A stretch of DNA of 64,000 nucleotides from the NCBI RefSeq assembly GCF_964235535.1, contig NZ_CAXSBH010000009.1, positions 5,087-69,086 of the forward strand, written 5' to 3'. The notes beneath the pieces were generated by a model that was not told where the DNA came from, ran no database searches, and saw nothing but the letters and a program-made list of their open reading frames with translations. Positions 53,092-62,322 of this stretch are shown in pieces (the stretch's first letter is position 1; the number at the start of each line of letters is the position of its first letter). A program made the position numbers and the translations under genes. This DNA comes from an uncultured Sphingomonas sp. (GTDB taxonomy: Bacteria; Pseudomonadota; Alphaproteobacteria; Sphingomonadales; Sphingomonadaceae).

Positions 53092-53622
53092 CCGGACGGC
53101 GGGTCGTCGGCTAAGCCGACAAACCCGTCCGACGTCCAGCGGCGGCTTCGCCGTCGCCCTTAACTCTTTCCCAAGTTACCGTCCGTAGGCGGTGTGTATG
53201 CTCCTGCGTAGCGTATCGGGAGCGGGGGGCCGGTTCGGCGTATCGAGCCGGCCCCTTTGTTCGTTCGAGCGCAGGCGCGGCCACGCGCGCGCTGGTGCAA
53301 TCCGCACGAGCGGCGCGCAGCGCCCGAAACCGACCGGCGGGCGCGAAGCGACCCGCTCGATGTCCAGCACGCGGCGTCACCGCGGGCCTGACCATTCGAT
53401 AATATACATTCCTAAACACGCAAGTAACGAGTTTCATCGGGTGGCGCGCCCACTCGCTATCTGGCTTGACTTTCGCACAGCAGGACGTGAAACTTAGTCC
53501 TAGAATAACGAACGACCATGAAAGCGAAAGCTTCTGGCAACTCTATCTTAGGATAGAATGCGTAGTTCGTTCAATGCATTACCTCGCGGGGACGATCCGC
53601 TAGCGGCTGTTGGAGATTTTTC

Positions 53623-55107
53623 ATGGCGAACGACCTTACCCTGATGTGCCTTCAGCTGAACGAGCTCAACTTCCCCTTCATCGCGGACTATGCGCAACGA
53701 GGCCTGCTCCCGAATTTCAAGGAGTTCTTCAATCGCCACGGTTTCGTAGAAACCGTATCGGAGCATGAGCATCGGCTCGCCAACCCGTGGATTCAGTGGC
53801 CGACGGTTCATACCGGACTCGACTATGCGGACCACAAGGTCTTCCGCCTCGGGGATATCGTCAAGACGAACCATCCCGACATCTACCAGGAACTGGAGCG
53901 GCATGGAGTGAAGGTCGCAGCATTGTCCGTCTTCAATGCCGCCAATCGGACGGAAAAGGCCGCCTTTTTCGTACCCGATCCGTGGACCGACACGCGCGTC
54001 GACGCTCCCTCGAGCGTTCGGCGGATAAACGACGCCTTCCGCCAGGTCACCGACGACTACGCGCAGAACAAGATCTCACTCAAGTCCGTCGTCAACCTCG
54101 TCACGGGCGGCGCATCGAACCTCAAATGGACGCGCCTTCCCGATTATCTGAGCGAGACCGCCAAGTTCGTCGGGGGCAAGAAATGGATGCGCGCGGTGGT
54201 CGGGGACCGGCTGCTCGCCGACGCCTACCTCACTCAGGTCAAGGCGCACAGACCCGGCTTCTCGACGGTGTTCCTGAACGGCGGCGCGCATTTGCAGCAC
54301 CATTACATGTTCTCGTCCTCATCCTACCGCGGGGAGCGCAGCAACCCCGCATGGATCGTGGAGCCCGGCAACGATCCGCTACTCGACGTGCTCAAAATGT
54401 ACGACCAAGTGCTGGGGGATCTCGTCGCCTACGCGAACAGCTTGCCCAACGGACGCGTGGTCATGGTCACCGGCCTCCATCAGGAGCCGCATGAGCGCGA
54501 AACGCTCTACTACCGTCTCAAGGACGAGACCGCGCTCCTGCGTGAACTCGGTATCGAGTTCGAGAGCAGCTACCGGTTGATGACCGAGGATTTCGTGCTC
54601 GTATTCGCCGACGAAGCAGCCGCTGCCCGGGCCGAGCGTCAGCTGTGCGAGATCGAGAGCTTCGACACCGACGCCATATTCTACCGGGAAACCGGCGACG
54701 AGGAAATACGCACGAGTTCGACCTTCCACCAGATCTTCCATGTCGAGAACCGCGGAAAGGACCTTTACGTCCAGCTACGTCCGGCGGCGCGTCCGATCCC
54801 CGAAACCATGAAGGTACGTCGAGGCAACACGGTCGTCGAGGATTTCGGCCGGCGGGCCGATTTCGCCCAGTATAAGAACACGCATCACCACGGCACCGGT
54901 TACTACGCCGACTCCGCGTTCACGGCCGGGCAGTTGCCGAAAAGCTTCCCGCTCCGCGATCTCTTCCCGCTGTTCCTCGCAAGCTTCGGCGCGCGGCACG
55001 AACGGATCGGATCGATGGATGCCGCCTTGAAGTCGGCCATCGGACTGCCCGCGAACGAGAAGGCTCAGGCCGAACCGGCGGCTGTTCTCGCAGGAACCGA
55101 GGCATAG
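53623..55107 (+). CDS. Alkaline-phosphatase-superfamily-like protein (nucleotide pyrophosphatase/phosphodiesterase-like), possibly non-canonical active site
   Basis: The N-terminal layout LTLMCLQLNELNF...GLLPNFKEFF...NPWIQWPTVHTG parallels the LDG...LPNL...TPxxWxSxxTG layout of PF01663-type enzymes, with substitutions at the metal-Asp and nucleophile-Thr positions. This is a motif impression only. The region is low in GC. Confidence 0.5.
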   Translation: MANDLTLMCLQLNELNFPFIADYAQRGLLPNFKEFFNRHGFVETVSEHEHRLANPWIQWPTVHTGLDYADHKVFRLGDIVKTNHPDIYQELERHGVKVAALSVFNAANRTEKAAFFVPDPWTDTRVDAPSSVRRINDAFRQVTDDYAQNKISLKSVVNLVTGGASNLKWTRLPDYLSETAKFVGGKKWMRAVVGDRLLADAYLTQVKAHRPGFSTVFLNGGAHLQHHYMFSSSSYRGERSNPAWIVEPGNDPLLDVLKMYDQVLGDLVAYANSLPNGRVVMVTGLHQEPHERETLYYRLKDETALLRELGIEFESSYRLMTEDFVLVFADEAAAARAERQLCEIESFDTDAIFYRETGDEEIRTSSTFHQIFHVENRGKDLYVQLRPAARPIPETMKVRRGNTVVEDFGRRADFAQYKNTHHHGTGYYADSAFTAGQLPKSFPLRDLFPLFLASFGARHERIGSMDAALKSAIGLPANEKAQAEPAAVLAGTEA

Positions 55108-55160
55108 CACAACGCACCGGCGCGCTGGCCGCGTTCAGGGGAGTGGGGTAGGCAATCCGC

Positions 55161-55200
55161 CCGGGCAGGTCGCGTCGCGATGGCGTCGCGTTCTGCCCGG
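55161..55200. terminator. Hairpin between convergent genes
   Basis: CCGGGCAG...CTGCCCGG forms an 8-bp outer stem enclosing a GC-rich interior. It lies between the stops at 55107 (+) and 55253 (-). Confidence 0.45.
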
Positions 55201-55252
55201 CCGCCGATCAGGATCGCTTCGTCCGGTGTCGTTGCACCGCTCGCGAAACGGC

Positions 55253-55699
55253 TCAGCGACGCTCGGCCGGGTCGACGCTGCGGTAGACGAAGGTTCGCAG
55301 CAGACCGAAGATGATGAGCGGCGTGACGAACACCATCGGGATGATCGGCCACCAGGTCGGCCCGCCGAGCCGCTCGACCAGCAGCAACACGAACAGTTGG
55401 TTCAATCCCAGGCCCAGCAGTCGCACCAGGAGGAAGCGCACGGCGCGAACGCTCCAATGATCGTCGTCGTTGCCGCTCCTGAAGGTGAAACGAGCGTGCG
55501 TGACGTACCCGACGACCAGGAAGACCGACGAGGTGAGGGCCAGCGATGCCATCGGGGCCACTCCGCCGAGATCCGTGAGCGCCCAATAACTCGCCGCATT
55601 GCCCAGGGTCAGCGCCAGTCCGGCGACCGCATAACGACCTAATTGCGAAGCGATGGCTCTCCCGCGCGGCAACCAACGGCTTGGTGAGAAATCGAACAT
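55253..55699 (-). CDS. GtrA-family membrane protein
   Basis: 148 aa with four TM segments. QLGRYAVAGLALTLGNAASYWAL and HARFTF are typical of GtrA-like proteins. Confidence 0.7.
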   Translation of the reverse strand: MFDFSPSRWLPRGRAIASQLGRYAVAGLALTLGNAASYWALTDLGGVAPMASLALTSSVFLVVGYVTHARFTFRSGNDDDHWSVRAVRFLLVRLLGLGLNQLFVLLLVERLGGPTWWPIIPMVFVTPLIIFGLLRTFVYRSVDPAERR

Positions 55700-55909
55700 G
55701 AAGCGGTGCCGTTCCTACGAATCGCGTTCCAAGATCGGCGAGTGATCTGCTCGACCGGCTTCAGGTAAATCTGAGCCGTTCCACCACCCCGGCCTTGAGC
55801 CGGGATCCCGCTTCTCCTCCGGCGTTCGGTCGGAAGAAGCAGAAATAGACGGCGGGGCTCCGGGTCATGCCCGGGCGACGCGGTGGAAAGCGGGCGTTGG
55901 AATCGATCG

Positions 55910-56224
55910 TTACCGGGCAACACCCAACCTGCCTACACCCTCCACCGTCGCTGCTCGCCCCGTGCGCCGATTAAAGGCGCAAAGCTTTACGTCGATCACC
56001 GACTGTCGGTTGTACCCTTCGACGATGCGCAGCTCGATGGGTACTCGGTCGGAGAAGCTGGCTTTGTCGGACATCACCTTTGCCCGGGTCAGCCCTGAAG
56101 CAGCGAGGCAGGCGCGATTGACCTGGCGGTCGAGCGCTGCCCAAGCTTGCGGGGTAGACGCCCCGGCGGACGTGCCGACGACGACGGCGATCCCAGTAGT
56201 GATCAAGATCTTGAGCTTGGTCAT
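55910..56224 (-). CDS. Small secreted protein, unknown function
   Basis: It has the signal peptide MTKLKILITTGIAVVVGTSAGA. The mature part has two Cys. I recognise no family. Confidence 0.45.
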   Translation of the reverse strand: MTKLKILITTGIAVVVGTSAGASTPQAWAALDRQVNRACLAASGLTRAKVMSDKASFSDRVPIELRIVEGYNRQSVIDVKLCAFNRRTGRAATVEGVGRLGVAR

Positions 56225-56240
56225 CCCGTCCTCCTACGTG

Positions 56241-57350
56241 TCATATACGCCCGCAATCGCTCGGTGCTGGTGCCCCCGCGAAACGCTGATCGATCCAGGC
56301 GAGCGTCTGCGCTGAACTTTGCTTGGCCGTGGTCGCATGATCCTTGCCGGGCAGGTCCACGAACCGCACCCGCACCCGGTTAGCGCAGAGCCTCTGCGCG
56401 AAGCTTCGCGTCACTGACGGCGCGACGAAGGGATCAGCCCGCGCCTGCGCAATCAGGATCGGAACCCGGCTGATAGGTGTCGTGCTGTTGGCGGCAACGT
56501 AGCTCGACCAAGGCGGAGTTCGGGCAAGATCGACCGTTCGCAAGTCCTGCCGCAGTGCCAGGATACCAAGAACGGCACCAAGCTTGGGGCCGGAGTCGAC
56601 CGACACGCAGTTGCGCGACAAACGCCGAATGATCCCCGGCGTTCGGGGCCGACCGATCCGTGGCGGAACGCCATAGTATTGGCTCCAGCTTTGGACCGCG
56701 AACGCAGTCAGAAGGGTTCGCGCATTCGGATCGCTCGCCTGCCGCAAGTTGGCGGCCAAGTCGGTTGGCGGAGCGCCGGCCGCGATGCCCACCAGGCGCA
56801 GCCCGGAGCCTTCCGCGCTCGCAAGGTGACCCGTCCACAATGCCGCATGACCGCCTTGGCTTTCACCCCAGACCACGAACCGCTCGCCGGCCGCCGCTCC
56901 CGCAATCGCACGCGCCGATCTGACGGCATCGAGCACCGACCGCGCTGTCGCTGTTCCGACTAGATACGGATGTACCCCAGGACTGCCGAGCCCCGGGTAA
57001 TCGGGTGCCACGACCACATACCCTCGCCGCACGGCTTCGAGAGCAGGGGTCGAAGTCCAAAAGGCTGGCATCATCGATGGAGCACACTGATTTGCGATCC
57101 CCGACGTACCGTGCGCCCACGCGATGACTGGCCGTGAGCGTGCCGGCGCCGCCTCGCGCGGCGCTACCACCATGCCGGTTACCTGGCGTGCAGCCCCACG
57201 GTCGTCACGCGTCAGGTATCGCACTCTCCACGCCTGCATGCCGGCTGGCGTGTCGACGACGGGCTCGGCGGAAAGTAGCTGCCCGGGTGCTTGGGCCGCC
57301 GCGGGAACGGTGAATATAATCGAGACGGCGGCAAGGAATGTGTGGCGCAA
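56241..57350 (-). CDS. Secreted alpha/beta hydrolase, secretory-lipase (LIP)-like
   Basis: It has a signal peptide, AWAHGTSGIANQCAPS, the nucleophile elbow GESQGGHAALW and a C-terminal GKDHATT. Confidence 0.65.
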   Translation of the reverse strand: MRHTFLAAVSIIFTVPAAAQAPGQLLSAEPVVDTPAGMQAWRVRYLTRDDRGAARQVTGMVVAPREAAPARSRPVIAWAHGTSGIANQCAPSMMPAFWTSTPALEAVRRGYVVVAPDYPGLGSPGVHPYLVGTATARSVLDAVRSARAIAGAAAGERFVVWGESQGGHAALWTGHLASAEGSGLRLVGIAAGAPPTDLAANLRQASDPNARTLLTAFAVQSWSQYYGVPPRIGRPRTPGIIRRLSRNCVSVDSGPKLGAVLGILALRQDLRTVDLARTPPWSSYVAANSTTPISRVPILIAQARADPFVAPSVTRSFAQRLCANRVRVRFVDLPGKDHATTAKQSSAQTLAWIDQRFAGAPAPSDCGRI

Positions 57351-57510
57351 TCTACGACTCCCCGATCTGCCTGCGTCGACTTTGATGAGGAAAGAGCACG
57401 GGCCTGCCCGAAAGGAAAGTGCCCCCGAAACTCCGATGGAGGCCTATGTCCGGTATGGGTCGATAGCTGACTATCGGCAGTGTCCGTGGGGCATGCCGAC
57501 GACTACTTCT

Positions 57511-57924
57511 CTACTCGCCTCTCCCAGCAAGATTGAAGGGCTGTGTCGATGGAGCACGCGCCTCGACCAATTTGGCGATGGCGTCGGTCAGCGCGTGCAT
57601 GTTCGTGGGTTTCGTCATGAAGTGATCGGCGCCGGCGGCGAAACAGGCCTCTTCATCGCCGCGACTGCAAAGGACGGTTACCGCCATGACGGGCATGCTC
57701 GCCGTGGCGGCGGTTCCCTTCAGGCGCTCGATAACGTGGAGCCCGCTGATGTGCGGCAGCCGGATGTCGACCAGGGCTATGTCGGGGCGCTTCTCGGTGG
57801 CGACGCCCTGGGCGGTACGCTCGTCCGCCACCATGATGGCCTCGAAGCCGGCTCTCGTGAGCCAAGCCTCGTACATTTTGCGGTGGAGAGGGTGATCCTC
57901 AACCACCATGACCCGCAACGCCAT
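57511..57924 (-). CDS. Orphan single-domain response regulator
   Basis: VMVVEDHPLHRK, ALVDIRLPHISGL, AVTV and FMTKP give the receiver signature. No kinase gene is adjacent. The start is placed at an internal Met. Confidence 0.8.
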   Translation of the reverse strand: MALRVMVVEDHPLHRKMYEAWLTRAGFEAIMVADERTAQGVATEKRPDIALVDIRLPHISGLHVIERLKGTAATASMPVMAVTVLCSRGDEEACFAAGADHFMTKPTNMHALTDAIAKLVEARAPSTQPFNLAGRGE

Positions 57925-58342
57925 CAGAACCCCCGTCACCGTATCGACGCTGGATACACTGTAACGCTCTCGAAGCGAGCGCTTTAGGTTCGAGTGCAGG
58001 CCCTTGTACGTAAGAGCAGCCGCGACCTCCGCTCGATGCGCCCCGGGGTGAAGCCGTCCTTCCGCCTTTTGCCGCAAGTTGCCAAGGCCACTCGGCTCAC
58101 GGTCACAAGTGGGCCAGAGGTCGATGGTAAACCCGACGCGAATGTCGGCTACGGGTCGTAAGCGGACATTTAATCACCTCGTCACGCATGAGCACAACGA
58201 AACAGGGAAGAAGCGACGGCGAGGCCGCCGCCGTGACGTCGAACGGGCTTGTCCGCTTGCGCGGCCAACCCGCCGGCCGTGCCGGGCGATGCGCGGCGCT
58301 TCGCGGCGCACACCGGCGCGGGCGTGGCCGCGCCTTCGCCCG

Positions 58343-59065
58343 TCAGTACATATGCTGCCCGCCATTTATCGACAGCGTACTCCCCGTCACGAACCCAGCC
58401 TCCTCCCCGCACAGGAACACCACCCCCCGCGCGATCTCGGCGGCCGCTCCCAGCCGCCCCACCGGTATCCGTGCCACGATCTTCTCCAGCACGTCGCCCG
58501 GCACCGCCGCCACCATGTCGGTATCGATGTACCCCGGCGCGATCGCGTTCACCGTGACGCCGAACTTCGCGCCTTCCTGCGCTAGCGCCTTGGTGAAGCC
58601 GTGGATGCCCGATTTGGCGGCGGCATAGTTCACCTGGCCGTACTGCCCGGCCTGCCCGTTAATCGACCCGATATTGACGATCCGTCCCCACTTCCGCTCG
58701 CGCATGCCCGGGAACACCGCCTTGGCCATGTTGAAGCACCCGCCCAGATTGGTCTCGATCACCTCGCGCCAAGCCTGATAGCTCATCTTCAGGATCGTGC
58801 CGTCGCGCGTGATGCCCGCATTGTTGACCACCACATCGACCGGGCCCATCTCGTCCGCCACCCGCATGCAGCCGTCGAGGCATGCCTCGTGATCGGCGAC
58901 ATCCCATTTGTACGCCTTGATCCCGGTTCGCCCCGTGAAATCGCCCGCGCGCGCCTCGTTGCCCGCATAGGTCGCCGCGACCGTCATCCCCGCGTCCTTG
59001 AGCGCCAGGCTGATCGCCTCGCCAATCCCCCGCGTTCCGCCCGTCACGATCGCCACACGCGCCAT
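58343..59065 (-). CDS. phbB: Acetoacetyl-CoA reductase (SDR family)
   Basis: It has TGGTRGIG, NNAGITRD, YAAAKSG (YxxxK) and the C-terminal SINGGQHMY typical of PhaB/PhbB. Confidence 0.9.
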   Translation of the reverse strand: MARVAIVTGGTRGIGEAISLALKDAGMTVAATYAGNEARAGDFTGRTGIKAYKWDVADHEACLDGCMRVADEMGPVDVVVNNAGITRDGTILKMSYQAWREVIETNLGGCFNMAKAVFPGMRERKWGRIVNIGSINGQAGQYGQVNYAAAKSGIHGFTKALAQEGAKFGVTVNAIAPGYIDTDMVAAVPGDVLEKIVARIPVGRLGAAAEIARGVVFLCGEEAGFVTGSTLSINGGQHMY

Positions 59066-59095
59066 CAGTTCTCTCCTCGTTTTTATCGCCCGATG

Positions 59096-60103
59096 CTATG
59101 TAACGACGACCCACCCCGCAAGCTCCCTGGCCAAAATGCTGCGCAGCATTTCCACTCCCGGCGGGCTGTCGTTCAGGCACGGCAGATATGCGAACCGCTC
59201 GCCGCCGGCCGCCTCGAAGCTCTCGCGTCCGCGGATCGCCAGCTCCTCCAACGTCTCGATGCAGTCCGCCGAAAAGCCTGGAGCGAAGATCGCCACCTTC
59301 TTCACGCCCTTCGCTCCCAGCTCCTCCAGCACGGTATCGGTCGCCGGCGTCAACCACTTGGCCGGGCCGAAGCGCGACTGGAACGCGACCGTCAGCTCGC
59401 GGTTCATCGCTTCCGACAGCAGCCGCGCCGTCTTACGGCAATGGCAATGGTATGGATCGCCTAGTTCCAGCGTCCGTTTGGGCATGCCGTGAAAGCTCGC
59501 CATCACAACTTCGGGCTCGAAATCCAGCGCCGCCAGTTCCGCTTCCACCAAGTCTTTTAACGCGCCGATATAGGCCGGGTCGTCATGATAGGGCGGCAGC
59601 GTCCGGATCGCCGGCTGCCACCGCTTGGCCGCGAAATGCGCGAAGGCCCGGTCATTGGCGGTCGCGGTCGTCGCTGCGCAATATTGCGGATAGAGCGGCG
59701 CGAGCAGGATGCGGTCGCACCCCGCCGCCTTCAGGGCGTCGATCCGGTCACCGATCGCCGGATTGCCATACCGCATCGCGTAATCGACCACTACGTCCGG
59801 CCCAAACGCGCCCTGCAACGCCGCGCATTGCGCCCGCGTGATTTTGGCGAGCGGCGATCCCTCGTCGGTCCACACCAGCCCGTATGCGTGCGCCGACTTC
59901 TTGGGCCGCGTCTGCAGGATGATCCCGCGCAGGATTGGCTGCCACGCGAGCTTGGGGATCTCGACCACCCGCTTGTCCGACAGGAACTCCAGCAGGTACC
60001 GTTTGACCGCGCGCGGGGTCGGCTCGTCGGGGGTGCCCAGATTGGTGAGCAGCACGCCCACCTTACGGGGCGGGATGGCGGGATGGTCGGGGGGTGGCGT
60101 CAT
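59096..60103 (-). CDS. hemH: Ferrochelatase
   Basis: GVLLTNLGTPDEPT, YGNPAI and FSFHG-like ASFHGMP match. The start overlaps the upstream stop (ATGA). Confidence 0.9.
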   Translation of the reverse strand: MTPPPDHPAIPPRKVGVLLTNLGTPDEPTPRAVKRYLLEFLSDKRVVEIPKLAWQPILRGIILQTRPKKSAHAYGLVWTDEGSPLAKITRAQCAALQGAFGPDVVVDYAMRYGNPAIGDRIDALKAAGCDRILLAPLYPQYCAATTATANDRAFAHFAAKRWQPAIRTLPPYHDDPAYIGALKDLVEAELAALDFEPEVVMASFHGMPKRTLELGDPYHCHCRKTARLLSEAMNRELTVAFQSRFGPAKWLTPATDTVLEELGAKGVKKVAIFAPGFSADCIETLEELAIRGRESFEAAGGERFAYLPCLNDSPPGVEMLRSILARELAGWVVVT

Positions 60104-62295
60104 TCCCCCGATCTAAGGGGCAGCGACCGAATGCGCACCCCCGTCGCCGTCTGGAGCGCGTTCGCGATCGCGGGCGCGACCGGCGGCACCGCGAGCTCGC
60201 TGACCCCGCCGGGCTGTTCGGGGCTGGCGATCAGCTCGACGGTGATGTCGGGCGTGTCGGCCAGTCTCGGCAGCCAGAGCCGGTCGAACCCCCGTGTTGT
60301 CGGGTGCCCTCGCTCGTACCCGGTCGACGCGCCGATCGCGTGGGCCAACCCGAACATCAACCCGCCCTCGATCTGCTGGCGCACGAGATCGGGGTTGATG
60401 ACCGTGCCGCAATCCGCCGCCGCGACCAGCCGCCGCACCACCGGCCGACCGTCGACGCCCATGTCGGCCTCCGCCATCACCGCGATCCGGCTTCCCCGGA
60501 AGGCGTGGCACGCCATGCCCTGACCCGATCCCGCCACGCCGCCTTCCCACCCGCCGAGCGACGCCGCCGTCTGTAGGCACCGCGCCAGCCGCGGATCGCC
60601 GCCCAGCATCCCGATCCGGAACGACACCGGCTCCGACGCCCCCGCATGCGCCAGCTCATCCAGGAAGCATTCGGTGAAGAAGCAGGTATAGCCGTGCGCC
60701 CCGCCGCGCAGATGCCCCGTGCGCAGCCCCGTCTCGGCCGGATGGTGATCGACCGCATAGGCGGGCAGGCGGTAGGGCGGCACCGCTCCGCCGACCGCGT
60801 AAGCGTCGCCCGTCGAACCCGCGAGCGCGGCCCGCCCGATCAATCGCTTCGCCAACTCGCGCCCGGTCGCGGGCGAAGCGATCTTGGCGCTCCAGCCCAG
60901 GATCGAACCACCGGGCGCGAGCCGCGCCGCCATCCGCGCCGCCGCCGCCGGCTGGTGCCGCCCCCGCGCGATCTCCTCCCCGCGCGTCCAAACGAGGTTC
61001 ACCGGCCGCTTGAGCGCCACCGCGAGATGCGCCGCCTGTTCGACCGCGTCCGTCTCCAGCCGCGCGCCGAACCCGCCGCCGACCAACATCGGGTGGACGA
61101 CCACATCGTCCACGCCCACTCCCGCCGCCTCGGCCGCCGCCGCCCGCGCGCGCGCCGGGGCCTCGGTCTGGCACCACACCTCCAGCCGCCCGTCGCGGTA
61201 GGCCGCGACCGCGCTCGCCGTCTCGATCGCGGCATGGACGCCCGGGGCGACCCGGTACTCGGCCGTTACCAGCCGCGCCCCCCGGAACACCGCGCCCAGA
61301 TCGCCTTCTTGCGCGATCCGCGTCCCCCCACCCTCGAACGCCGTCGCCAACGCCGCCGCAATACCCGCATCGTCGACCGCGCCGCGCGTTTCGAACCGCG
61401 GCGCGAGCGCGTCCAGCCCCCGCTCCGCCGCCCAGCCGGTGGTCGCCACCGCCGCGACCCACCCGGGCGTCTCGACCACCTGCAGCATGCCGCGTACCCG
61501 GTCCGCCGCCGCCCGGTCGACCCGCACGAGGCGGCTGTCCCCCACCGGCCCCGCCCGCACGCGCACATGCACCATGTCCGCCAGCCGGATGTCCCCTGCG
61601 AAGTTCGCCGATCCGTCCACCTTGGCGGGCGCGTCGAGCCGCGGCACCGACCGCCCCGCGAGCTTCCCCGCCCCGCCCTGCCCGATCGGCAGCGGATCGG
61701 GCAGTCCGTCCGCGCCCATACCCGCAGCCTCCGCCGCCAGCTCCGCGAAGCGTACGCGCTTGCCCTCGTGCACCACGAACCCCCGGTCGGCCGAGCACGC
61801 CTCCCATGCGATGTCCCACCGCCGCGCCGCCGCCCGCGCCAGCAGCACCCGCGCCGCCGCCGCGCCCGCGCGCGCCGGCCCCTCGAACTGCCGCACCGAA
61901 CTCGACCCCGCCGTCAGCATCGCCGGCCCGCCGAGCACGACGCCCGGCACCGCATCGAACATCCCCTCGAACAGCTCGGTCATCGCCAGCGGATTGGCGT
62001 AAAGCGGGTTCACCGGCGCGGCCTCGACGCCTACCGTGCGCCAGTCCGCCCCCAGCTCGTCCGCGACGATCTGCGGCAGCGCGGTCCACACGCCCTGCCC
62101 GCCCTCGGCTTGCGGCATCGCGACGATCACCCGCCCGTCCTCGCCGATCTTCAGCCATGCGCCGAACGCGTGTTCGCCCGGCCCCACGCCCAGGTTCGCC
62201 GGATATCTGCGCGGCCACAGTCCCCAGGCGACCACCAGCCCCACGCCCGCGCCACCGCCCACGAGCAGTCCGCGCCTGCTGATCCCCCCGCTCAT
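60100..62295 (-). CDS. Molybdopterin-binding oxidoreductase subunit, IorB / aldehyde-oxidase beta-subunit-like, with Tat-type signal
   Basis: The N-terminus is Tat-like (ISRRGLLVGGGAGVGLVV). The 731-aa length and segments such as EGGQGVWTALPQIVADELG and MLVGGGFG fit the xanthine dehydrogenase family Mo-binding subunit. Confidence 0.85.
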   Translation of the reverse strand: MSGGISRRGLLVGGGAGVGLVVAWGLWPRRYPANLGVGPGEHAFGAWLKIGEDGRVIVAMPQAEGGQGVWTALPQIVADELGADWRTVGVEAAPVNPLYANPLAMTELFEGMFDAVPGVVLGGPAMLTAGSSSVRQFEGPARAGAAAARVLLARAAARRWDIAWEACSADRGFVVHEGKRVRFAELAAEAAGMGADGLPDPLPIGQGGAGKLAGRSVPRLDAPAKVDGSANFAGDIRLADMVHVRVRAGPVGDSRLVRVDRAAADRVRGMLQVVETPGWVAAVATTGWAAERGLDALAPRFETRGAVDDAGIAAALATAFEGGGTRIAQEGDLGAVFRGARLVTAEYRVAPGVHAAIETASAVAAYRDGRLEVWCQTEAPARARAAAAEAAGVGVDDVVVHPMLVGGGFGARLETDAVEQAAHLAVALKRPVNLVWTRGEEIARGRHQPAAAARMAARLAPGGSILGWSAKIASPATGRELAKRLIGRAALAGSTGDAYAVGGAVPPYRLPAYAVDHHPAETGLRTGHLRGGAHGYTCFFTECFLDELAHAGASEPVSFRIGMLGGDPRLARCLQTAASLGGWEGGVAGSGQGMACHAFRGSRIAVMAEADMGVDGRPVVRRLVAAADCGTVINPDLVRQQIEGGLMFGLAHAIGASTGYERGHPTTRGFDRLWLPRLADTPDITVELIASPEQPGGVSELAVPPVAPAIANALQTATGVRIRSLPLRSGE

Positions 62296-62322
62296 CCGCC
62301 CGGCCCTAACCGAGCCGCCCGG

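Noticed and set aside
53111-53437. 108-aa minus-strand ORF in the gap after the glycine-zipper gene.
   Set aside because: The product has an Arg/Ala-rich composition and its tail is supplied by the short dispersed repeat. It has no family resemblance and starts in an AT-rich patch with no convincing RBS. It is treated as non-coding.
57385-57445. GAGGAAAG...GAAAGGAAAG segment reminiscent of the RNase P RNA P4 region.
   Set aside because: It does not match the GAGGAAAGTCCGGGC core. The intergenic space (~160 nt) is far too short for an RNase P RNA, and no complementary P4 strand is present.
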